Assembly (NCBI GenBank): GCA_965232515.1
Contig: CBDDPY010000002.1
Span: 4,416,001-4,480,000 of the forward strand
Reading direction: 5' to 3'
Source: Alphaproteobacteria bacterium
GTDB taxonomy: Bacteria > Pseudomonadota > Alphaproteobacteria > GCA-2731375
DNA length: 64,000 nt
How positions within the stretch are numbered: the stretch's first letter is position 1; every line of letters starts with the position of its first letter. The notes beneath the pieces are model-generated. The model saw only the letters and a program-made list of their open reading frames with translations, was not told where the DNA came from and did no database searches. This document shows positions 52,886 to 61,262 of the stretch, one piece after another. A program made the position numbers and the translations under genes.

Positions 52886-53361
52886 CGCGAAACATTCCAG
52901 CGAAAATCGAAATGGTCCAATGGGCTGTCAGCGCGATCAATGATTCATGTCACCGGGTCGCCTAATGGGCGTCTAGGCGCAGCAGGGACAGACGCTGGGC
53001 AGCGCCATGGTCGACACCCAATGACACTCCGCGCTCCGGATGTCTGGCCCCTATTTCACTTTCTGATTGAGTGAAACAAGTATCTTCAATCAACTACTCA
53101 GGGGCTTGTTAGATGATAATGAAGCTATTTTACGCAATCCATGCACATTGTGCTACCAAAAATAGATCTTTGCGCAGTACAAGTTTCGATTTTAAGGTTC
53201 TCCATTCCGTTGGCAACTCAGGGCACGGTTAGATCCTGTGACGGATTGCGGCCGAAGAGAGCTCCACTATCTGTTCGTAATCGGCGATGATCGCGATGAC
53301 ACAGCCGAACAGAAACGCAATCCCAACTTAAGCCGACCTAGCGAGTCTCGGCGATTTCCGC

Positions 53362-54981
53362 TCAGCAATTGACGGTACTGGTGCCTGCATCCTCAATTTC
53401 GACCCGAGTGTCCTCTAATAGAATGCGGAAATCCGAAATCAAACGGTTCCAATATTTGTACACGAGGTGGACCATTCGGGACTTTGAGCCTCTCGAAGTC
53501 CATATCAGCTCGTAACAGAGCCCTGTTTTCGCGGTTCCAAACCCTGTTTCCCGAGAGTGTGGTATCCCCTCCGGAAAGATCACCTTCTCGAACCATCGGC
53601 GTTGCGCTACCGGCAGGGTGTGCCAATTGCGGGGGTAGCTCTCGATCCGTTTCGCCGTCTTCTTCGCTACAGTTGGCAGATCGTATTGAACTGCCTCTGC
53701 CCGCTCGGCGCTTTGCCGGATTTCACTGATAGACTCGCCGATCGCCTGCTTGCGTGACAGGAACTCTTCGTCTGTCAGGAGGCCCTGGGCTCTCATGTCG
53801 ATGAGCATATCCAGTCTGCTCTCCAGTTCAGAGAGGCGCTTGGCACTTGATCGGCTTGCTTGCATCGCTGCGCTTTGTCGATAGTCCCAGACGTGTTGAA
53901 CGGCTTCCACAAAGACATTGAGCATGGCGCCCGTCGGCGTGTGCTTTAGGACCAGGTCGGTGAATTCGGCTTCTAGCCGTTTCTTCGGCACGCCCTTGCC
54001 GTAAGCCGGGCATCGCGTCTTGGCGCAATGGTAGTAGGCGTAGCGGCCTCCATTCCCGCGTGACCAGCTACCCGTTAGGGGTCCGCGACAGGATGCACAG
54101 CGCACGGTGCGTCGCAGCGGGAAATCTGGATGCTCGGCGGCTCGGCGCATCTTGGGACGCGGCTTGCCGGAGCGCAGGTGCTGAACCTGCTCGAACTCCA
54201 CCGCGGTGAGCATGGCCTTGTGCTTTGCGGCGAACTCTTCGCCGGTCCAGGGATTTGCGATGATGCCGGCATAAAACTTGTTGCACAGGATGCGGTCGAC
54301 CTGCTGGTTGTAGAGCCGCTTGCCGTTGAGCGTGCGCAGGCCCCACTCGTTTCCGAGCCGGGCAAGCTCCGCTGTGCTACAGATTCCCTCGTCGAGGCAG
54401 GTGCGGAAAAGGCGCTGGACGAGCGCGAAGCGTTCAGGATCTGGCTGGTCTGGTGCAAGCTTCTTGAGACCCTGGGCGCGACTTCGACCGCAGAGATAGC
54501 CGAGCGGCGGCTGCCAGGGGTAGATGCCGGCCTCGATCTTTGCAGCCATGCCCCGGATGACGCGTTCGCGCCGGATGCAATTATCGATTTCGGCCTGTAG
54601 GGCCGTGAAGGTCTCGTAAACGCGGCTTGAGAGCGAGTCCCGGTCGTCGAGGGATGTCTCAGTGGCGGAATGGATGGCGATGCCTTGCTCGCTCAGTGTC
54701 CGCTTGATGTAGTAGTAGTCCATTTGGTTCCGGCTCAACCGGTCCAGCTTCCAGACGATGAGGGCGTCGATCTTGCGCCTGCGAGCAGCGCAGTGCCGCA
54801 TGAGCTCCTGCAGCTGGGGCCGGTCGGCGAATTTTGCGCTCTCTCCTCTCTCCTCGAACATCGCGACGACGGCCATGCCCTTGTTGTTGGCATAGCGAAG
54901 ACAGTCCTCGCGCTGAAAGTCGAGCGAGGTTCCCTCCACCTGCTCGTCTGAGCTGACTCGGGTGTAGATGATTGCGTTCAT
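53362..54981 (-). CDS. Large serine recombinase (second)
   Basis: YTRVSSDEQ, GESAK, KLDRLSRN, PPLGY and CASC...YYHC...C motifs, coiled coil. Confidence 0.95.
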   Translation of the reverse strand: MNAIIYTRVSSDEQVEGTSLDFQREDCLRYANNKGMAVVAMFEERGESAKFADRPQLQELMRHCAARRRKIDALIVWKLDRLSRNQMDYYYIKRTLSEQGIAIHSATETSLDDRDSLSSRVYETFTALQAEIDNCIRRERVIRGMAAKIEAGIYPWQPPLGYLCGRSRAQGLKKLAPDQPDPERFALVQRLFRTCLDEGICSTAELARLGNEWGLRTLNGKRLYNQQVDRILCNKFYAGIIANPWTGEEFAAKHKAMLTAVEFEQVQHLRSGKPRPKMRRAAEHPDFPLRRTVRCASCRGPLTGSWSRGNGGRYAYYHCAKTRCPAYGKGVPKKRLEAEFTDLVLKHTPTGAMLNVFVEAVQHVWDYRQSAAMQASRSSAKRLSELESRLDMLIDMRAQGLLTDEEFLSRKQAIGESISEIRQSAERAEAVQYDLPTVAKKTAKRIESYPRNWHTLPVAQRRWFEKVIFPEGIPHSRETGFGTAKTGLCYELIWTSRGSKSRMVHLVYKYWNRLISDFRILLEDTRVEIEDAGTSTVNC

Positions 54982-55021
54982 AGGATTAGTGAGGACGTTC
55001 GGAGGGCGCGCGTTAGCAGCG

Positions 55022-55273
55022 TCAGTTGCCCTCAAAGTCCCTGGGATCATTATACGTCCACTCGCCGCGCAGTTCCAATTCCCACAGCTCAATCGCAAGT
55101 TCGGCCAGTTCGTAGGCCGCTCTGCGGAACTCCTCCGCGTCGGTGTCCGACATGTCAGGCAGCCCGGCAAGCTCACGCACACGGTCGAGCGAAAGCAGGG
55201 TCATTTGCGGCGGCGTAGCCGTGCCATCCATTCGAGCTGTAGGCAAATCCTTGGATCGTTTGCTCGTGGTCAT
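55022..55273 (-). CDS. Small helical protein upstream of the recombinase
   Basis: LLSLDRVRELAGLPDMSDTDAEEFRRAAYELAELAIELW; start uncertain. Confidence 0.6.
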   Translation of the reverse strand: MTTSKRSKDLPTARMDGTATPPQMTLLSLDRVRELAGLPDMSDTDAEEFRRAAYELAELAIELWELELRGEWTYNDPRDFEGN

Positions 55274-55337
55274 GATGAAAAAAGGAGAGGCCGATCGCTC
55301 GGCCCCTGAAGGGAACTATTGGACAGATGTTGCTCGG

Positions 55338-57212
55338 CTACTCGGCAGCATTGGCGACCCGCGTAGTTTGGCGCAACGGCTCCGGCAGCCAACGCTTGCC
55401 AGTCAGCAGCTCCTCGGCCCTGAGCGCCATGGCGTCTTTCTTCAGCCGCTCGATATTCTCGGCAGCTTGCGGTGTCACCGCCTCGGACACTGCCGCAAGG
55501 ATGAGTGCCTTTGGCACTCGCGAGAAATAGCTCTCCCGGGTGGGCTCCCACCATTTCGCCATGTCGAGCCCAATGGCTTCGGCGATGAGCTCACTTTCGG
55601 TCTGGCGTTCGGGGGTTATGCCCGCGTGGCGCCGGTGCACGACGTCCAGTGTGACCGCGATGCAGAACGCGAGTAGCTTTGCGCGCGTAGCACCGCATTG
55701 AGCCGCGAGCCAGGTCCACAGCTCTTCAAGGGCCGGCAGCTTCTCTTGTAGACGCTGCCGTCGCTTTGCAAGAGCCACGGCAGCCTTGCTCTCGCCAATG
55801 CCTTCGGCCGACAGCCTCAGGTCGGAAGAAACCGGTTGGATGCTGACGCATCCATCCCGCAGCTCTCCGTAGAAGACGGACCGCACGAGCGTATACAGAA
55901 GCGCCGTGAGGGCGACGTCCGAACGTTCGGCCAAGGCCTCTCGCAACGCCGCTGTGCGATGCGCGGATAGATCCTCCCGTAGCGCTTCGGAAAGCGTGGG
56001 TTGCGACACGCCGTTCGCATCCTTCTTTCTCTTCGGCTTTTGCTGACCACTAGCTGCTTCGGGGTTTCCCGAATCGTTGGGCTTGATCAATCCACCTGTG
56101 ATCGACAGCAGGCCTTGGTAGTCGAGCGAGATGAACACGCCAGCACAGGCCTTTGCCTCGTCGCTCCACTGCAGCCTTCGCTCAGACAGTGCGTTGATCT
56201 CGGCCTGGATGCGATCAAGCTCTGCTGCGATTTCTGCTGGCGGCTCATCGTCGAGTTTGGCGATTATGGCATCGTGCTGCTCGCAGAGCTCTTCGAGCCT
56301 GCCATCTCCTTCTTCCGTCAGACCGCCCAGGTCGGGCGGAACGCGGCGGAAGCGTGTCAGCGCCTCGTAACTGGTCTCGACAGCAGTCTCCACCCAGGCC
56401 CAGCCTTCCGGGCCGAGCTTCTCGGCCTCGGCTGCCAACTTTTCCGCAACCAGACGGTTCAGCAGGACACTGTCGGCGAAGTAGCCGCCATCCTCCGAAT
56501 CGAAGAGATCGCGGATTACGGTGCCGCCAGCGGCCTCGTAGGCCGCAATGCCGACAAACTTGGCGCGCCGGTCGTTGGCATGCACGAGCGACTGAGTGAG
56601 GGCGTGCCGGATCGACTGTGGTTGGCGCTGATAAGCCGGCGTGTCGAACCAGACCCGCTCCTGCGCCTCGTGGTCGTCGGTGATGGTGAAGGCGACGAGC
56701 TGATCGAGCCCCATGTCGCCGTGCCGATAGACGTCCATCAGCTTCGGACTGACCGCGGCAAGCTTCAGCCGCTGCCGCACCATGCTCTCGGAGATCCCGA
56801 AGCGGGCGGCGATGTCCTCGATGCTGTGTCCCACCGTCTGCAGCTTCGAGAAGGCCTCGAACTGGTCGGCGGGATGCAGCGGCGTGCGGACCGCATTCTC
56901 CGCGAGCGAAACTTCGACCGCATCGTCCTCGTCAAGCACCAGACACAGCACGGGGGCGTCTTTGGCGATACGCTTACGCTTGGCGAGCAGCTTCAAAGCT
57001 GCAAGGCGGCGACCGCCAGCGACCACCTCGTACATAGGCTGGCTGTCATTCGTCTTGCTGGCACATTGGCGGACGGTGAGGTTTTGCAGCAGGCCGTGCG
57101 CGGCAATGCTTGCGGCCAGCTCCTCGATATTCGCCTTTGGATTGGTCTTGCGGACATTGGTGCGGGATCGCTGCAACTGGCACAGCGGCACCGTGACGAG
57201 CTTCTGGGTCAC
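55338..57212 (-). CDS. ParB/Spo0J N-terminal domain protein (long plasmid/ICE type)
   Basis: NVRK, ELAASIAAHGLLQNL, VAGGRRL, SLAEN and LHPADQ motifs; C-terminal WLPEPLR. Confidence 0.9.
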   Translation of the reverse strand: MTQKLVTVPLCQLQRSRTNVRKTNPKANIEELAASIAAHGLLQNLTVRQCASKTNDSQPMYEVVAGGRRLAALKLLAKRKRIAKDAPVLCLVLDEDDAVEVSLAENAVRTPLHPADQFEAFSKLQTVGHSIEDIAARFGISESMVRQRLKLAAVSPKLMDVYRHGDMGLDQLVAFTITDDHEAQERVWFDTPAYQRQPQSIRHALTQSLVHANDRRAKFVGIAAYEAAGGTVIRDLFDSEDGGYFADSVLLNRLVAEKLAAEAEKLGPEGWAWVETAVETSYEALTRFRRVPPDLGGLTEEGDGRLEELCEQHDAIIAKLDDEPPAEIAAELDRIQAEINALSERRLQWSDEAKACAGVFISLDYQGLLSITGGLIKPNDSGNPEAASGQQKPKRKKDANGVSQPTLSEALREDLSAHRTAALREALAERSDVALTALLYTLVRSVFYGELRDGCVSIQPVSSDLRLSAEGIGESKAAVALAKRRQRLQEKLPALEELWTWLAAQCGATRAKLLAFCIAVTLDVVHRRHAGITPERQTESELIAEAIGLDMAKWWEPTRESYFSRVPKALILAAVSEAVTPQAAENIERLKKDAMALRAEELLTGKRWLPEPLRQTTRVANAAE

Positions 57213-57446
57213 AGGCGTTCTCCTGATCGGATTGTGTGGAAGGGCGCCGAAGGTCTCCGGACAGCTGTGTCATGCTGACGAGGATGTGCCGATCGAGTCG
57301 GTGTGGCGCCGGGATTGCGGACCTGCAAAGAACAGGTGCCGCCGTTCATTCTCGGTCAGGAAGAGCATGCGCCGTAGAGGGCGGAATGCGGCTTTGATGC
57401 CCTATGCACGTTTCTCATTCGCCCGACCGCGCCCTGGCATGATGGA

Positions 57447-58670
57447 GTGATGAATGGAGGCTCCGGCAACGACATCACTTACTTCGCACGCACAAACTTC
57501 CGTGGCGGCGGTCGCCTGGTTGGCATTAGACCCGCCGATCGCCTAAGCCACGTCTACGTCATCGGAAAGACCGGTACCGGAAAGTCCACCTTGCTTGAGA
57601 CGATGATCCGTCAGGACATTGCGCGCGGTGACGGCGTTGCCCTCATTGATCCGCACGGGGATCTTGCGGAGCGCGTGGCACGCGCTATGGCGGTACATCG
57701 CCCTGACAGCCTGATCTACGTAAATACGCCGGATAGCGCGCAACCGTACGGCTACAATCCGCTCACGCACGTCTCCGAAATTCATCGATCTCGTGCCGCC
57801 TCAGGGCTCCTGGAAATTTTCCGCAAGCAGTGGGATGCCCGCTCTTGGGGAGCGCGCATGGAGCATATTTTGCGGCACGCGATCTTGGCGCTTCTTGAAG
57901 AAAAGCGTGCGACGCTCTCGGATATCCAGCGATTACTAACGGATAAACGGTATCGAAGAGCCCTTGCGGCGCGCCTTAGCAACCCGCAGGTGCAAACGTT
58001 CTGGCGGCACGAGTACGAACGGTATTCCTACCGTTACCGAGCCGAGGCGATCGCTCCCATTCAGAACAAGATCGGGACGTATCTTGCCGATCTGCGGCTC
58101 GCCCGCTTTCTGACCAATTCAGAGAAACCGCTTCGCATGCGCCGCATCATGGACGAGGGCCGTGTGCTTCTTGTGAACCTCTCGAAGGGTGAGGTTGGCG
58201 AAGACACGTCGAACCTGCTTGGCGGTGTTCTCGTGACGGCGATTGGTCTTGCCGCGTTCAGCCGGGCCGGCACAGCACTGTCCGCACGCCGTCGGTTCTT
58301 CCTCTATGTGGACGAATTCCAGACATTCACCACGCTCTCGTTTGCCACCATGATCTCGGAATTGCGGAAGTACGGCGTCGGCCTGGTGCTCGCGCACCAG
58401 TATCTCGACCAGCTGGATCCTGCCGTACGGGCCGCCGTGATTGGCAATGCCGGCACGCTGATTTCCTTCCGTTTGGGGGCGGACGACGCCGCATTTGTCG
58501 CCCGGGAGCTCGCGCCTCGGTTTGCGGCAAACGACGTGCTCCACCTCCCGAATCACGACGTCTACGTCCGGCTAGCGATTGATGGCGCGCCTTCACAGCC
58601 GTTTAGCGCGACAACCATACCTTTTCTTTCACAGCAACAAACTTGTCCCCTTGTATCGTTTCGCAGCTAA
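57447..58670 (+). CDS. TraD/TrwB/HerA-like ATPase (soluble)
   Basis: HVYVIGKTGTGKST, IDPHGD, LYVDEFQ, RKY, AHQY..QL, GNAGTLISFR and PFSATT motifs. Confidence 0.88.
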   Translation: MMNGGSGNDITYFARTNFRGGGRLVGIRPADRLSHVYVIGKTGTGKSTLLETMIRQDIARGDGVALIDPHGDLAERVARAMAVHRPDSLIYVNTPDSAQPYGYNPLTHVSEIHRSRAASGLLEIFRKQWDARSWGARMEHILRHAILALLEEKRATLSDIQRLLTDKRYRRALAARLSNPQVQTFWRHEYERYSYRYRAEAIAPIQNKIGTYLADLRLARFLTNSEKPLRMRRIMDEGRVLLVNLSKGEVGEDTSNLLGGVLVTAIGLAAFSRAGTALSARRRFFLYVDEFQTFTTLSFATMISELRKYGVGLVLAHQYLDQLDPAVRAAVIGNAGTLISFRLGADDAAFVARELAPRFAANDVLHLPNHDVYVRLAIDGAPSQPFSATTIPFLSQQQTCPLVSFRS

Positions 58671-58924
58671 ACAGATTGATGATCTCTCGTCGGAACCACA
58701 AAAGGGTCGACACGGGTGCATGGCTCCAAAGTTTGATCCGATCGCTAGCCGTTTCGGGAGGCTGTTTTTGTTTGATTTCTTGGTGAAATTTAGGGTATCT
58801 GCCCCGCGCATGTGAGTCTTTCCCAACGAACTTTCAGGGTTTTTGGGTAATGAGCCGCTTTGCGAAAACTGCTTATTTTGTGCCATTGCAACGTGACTCA
58901 AAATGAATCATATTGATTCATAGC

Positions 58925-59104
58925 ATGACTGAGATCGACGGCTCATCCACCAAGAAAGCGGTGCATACAAGATTGGACAGAGGAACCTACGAGAGGCTCG
59001 TGGCCTTAGCCAACGATAGACACAGTTCGTTGTCGCGGATCATACGGCTCGCAATCAATGCGTATCTTGAGCAAGCCTCTGCCGAGCAATCCGAATCCAG
59101 ATGA
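58925..59104 (+). CDS. Ribbon-helix-helix (CopG-like) regulator
   Basis: VHTRLD..TYERLVALA...SLSRIIRLAINAYL. Confidence 0.8.
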   Translation: MTEIDGSSTKKAVHTRLDRGTYERLVALANDRHSSLSRIIRLAINAYLEQASAEQSESR

Positions 59105-59189
59105 GGATCCCATTTGGCAGGTGGTGTGGACAGCTATCGTTGCCCAATCAGTTTCGGAATAATACACTGAAAAGAACAGACACATTCCA

Positions 59190-60281
59190 ATGAACACACT
59201 CGAATTGATTAAGAGTAGACGATCTGTGTCCGCCTATAGAGATAGCGGTGTTAATACTGAAGAAGCTGATGCTGGCCTCAGCAAAATCGTTTCTCGAATA
59301 AAGCAAACGTGGCCACGCTCTGGTGATGGTCAGGTAAAACTCGATATCGGGATGTTTGCAAATGTGCTTGATATTGGGGGTATGGGTATTGCAATTTGTA
59401 CTGATGGTGTCGGATCGAAGACGATTATTGCCCAAATGATGGACAAATATGACACGATCGGTATCGATTGTGTTGCAATGAATGTAAACGACTTGATTTG
59501 TGTCGGAGCAAGGCCAACAACACTTGTTGACTACATTGCGATTGAACATGCAACAGAATCAGTGCTCGATGGTATCGCGGCGGGTCTATGCGCCGGCGCG
59601 GCATCGGCAAGAATTTCAATATCTGGTGGTGAGATCGCACAATTGAAAGACATAGTGCACGGATTTGATCTCGTAGGTACCTGCATCGGTCATGTCGATT
59701 TAGATAAGATTGTTATTGGACAAGACGTTCGTGAAGGTGACGTTGTCATCGGAATCCGAAGCAACGGCGTGCATAGCAATGGGTTGTCGCTCGCTCGTAA
59801 GGCGTTTTTCGAAAACAACGACTACAAAATCTCTCACAAATTCAGCGAACTAGACTGCACGCTCGGAGAAGAGCTTCTCAAGCCAACTTATATTTATGTG
59901 CAAGAAACGATGGAGCTTCTAAAGGATTTTCAGTCCGTTAAAGCGCTCGTCAACATTACAAGTGATGGATTTCTCAACCTTACGCGCGTGGCGTCAGATG
60001 TCGGCTATATCATCGAACATCTCCCAGAGCCGCATCCAATTTTCTCGCTCATCCAAGACTTCGCATCTGTCGATGATACGGAGATGTTTGAGGTATTCAA
60101 CATGGGTATCGGGTTTTGCGTCGTTGTTGATCCTGCAGCGGTGGGAAAGACACTATCAGTACTAGAGGCGCACGGTCGGGACGCGTCGGTCATTGGATAC
60201 GCGGTCTCGGACGCCGAGAAATTGGTACGCATCCCGCAGTACCGGCTTGAGGGCAAAGGCAAAAAATTCTGCAAGAAGTAG
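59190..60281 (+). CDS. purM: Divergent AIR synthase (PurM family)
   Basis: YRDSGVN, TDGVGSK, DCVAMNVNDL, GGE, HSNG and FNMGIG motifs; HITGGG replaced by NITSDG. Confidence 0.88.
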   Translation: MNTLELIKSRRSVSAYRDSGVNTEEADAGLSKIVSRIKQTWPRSGDGQVKLDIGMFANVLDIGGMGIAICTDGVGSKTIIAQMMDKYDTIGIDCVAMNVNDLICVGARPTTLVDYIAIEHATESVLDGIAAGLCAGAASARISISGGEIAQLKDIVHGFDLVGTCIGHVDLDKIVIGQDVREGDVVIGIRSNGVHSNGLSLARKAFFENNDYKISHKFSELDCTLGEELLKPTYIYVQETMELLKDFQSVKALVNITSDGFLNLTRVASDVGYIIEHLPEPHPIFSLIQDFASVDDTEMFEVFNMGIGFCVVVDPAAVGKTLSVLEAHGRDASVIGYAVSDAEKLVRIPQYRLEGKGKKFCKK

Positions 60282-60306
60282 CAGTCTTAGCTTGTCAGTC
60301 TTCGAT

Positions 60307-60666
60307 ATGGAGCGCGAACAGGTAGAGAAAGAACTCCAGACGCTCCTTGACGACTTGGCGGCACTTCGAACATCCGCTGACAGTGAAATTACTGAAGCAT
60401 TTGTGAATTGGCATAATCGACTCTCTACACTGATTAAGGCGAGATACGGCGAACAGTCGTCTGTATATGAAGATTTTGCTGCCATTGATATTGAGGCACC
60501 GCCGGAGCTACTCGACCGGGCCCAGCAGGCAATAGGTCCGCTCGTCGACGCGGTAAGCGAGAAAACTGCATCAGAAATTACGAATGATGCGGCTCAAACG
60601 TTTCGCGACAAACGTCTGCAAGACTACGAAGAATTCATTCGAGGACTCCTTATTACGCTACGATAA
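60307..60666 (+). CDS. Helical hypothetical protein
   Basis: ORF directly after purM; ATG at 60307. Confidence 0.6.
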   Translation: MEREQVEKELQTLLDDLAALRTSADSEITEAFVNWHNRLSTLIKARYGEQSSVYEDFAAIDIEAPPELLDRAQQAIGPLVDAVSEKTASEITNDAAQTFRDKRLQDYEEFIRGLLITLR

Positions 60667-60872
60667 TCGGCACATGGCCGCCTTTTGACCACGATTGCCT
60701 GATTGATAGTGCCGACGCGGCCCCGAAGCGCCACCCCGTGTCATCACGAACGTCCGCAACTGCGTAGAAAATGTGGAGGAGTATGCACCTAATGGATGCA
60801 TACTCGACATAGTTGCTGTATGCTAATCGATCACTACCACGGTGCTGGGGGCCACGAAGGAGACAAAGCGCC

Positions 60873-61253
60873 ATGAAACTGCTGCTTCGACGCGATCAAA
60901 AGAAAGGCCTCATTGGCGGCAAGGTGACGTTTACGCTTGATGCGCGGGCGGATCTATCCGAGGACGAGCAGGACCGCATCAGGACGTACAAGATGGGCGA
61001 GACGCTGCTCTACACCAAGTACGAGGTGACCGACAAAGGCAGCGGGCTCCTCGGCATGGCCGGACGACTGGCGTTCAAGGCCATGAATGTGTCGGTCACG
61101 GTCAACGATCTGGTCAAAGGCAAGCACATCGAATGCAAGGACATCGTCGAGATGTGCGCCGTCGAAGAGCAGATCGTGGAGGCTAGCAAGACCTTCAAGG
61201 AGGTGCTCGAAGCGGCGTCAACGTTCGGCGGCGAACAGATCGTCGAACTCTAG
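60873..61253 (+). CDS. Hypothetical protein
   Basis: AGGAGA RBS; MKLLLRRDQKKG...; strong coding-like codon bias. Confidence 0.8.
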   Translation: MKLLLRRDQKKGLIGGKVTFTLDARADLSEDEQDRIRTYKMGETLLYTKYEVTDKGSGLLGMAGRLAFKAMNVSVTVNDLVKGKHIECKDIVEMCAVEEQIVEASKTFKEVLEAASTFGGEQIVEL

Positions 61254-61262
61254 GTTTGTGCC

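Noticed and set aside
56001-57278. 425-aa plus-strand ORF
   Set aside because: Antisense shadow of the ParB-family gene.
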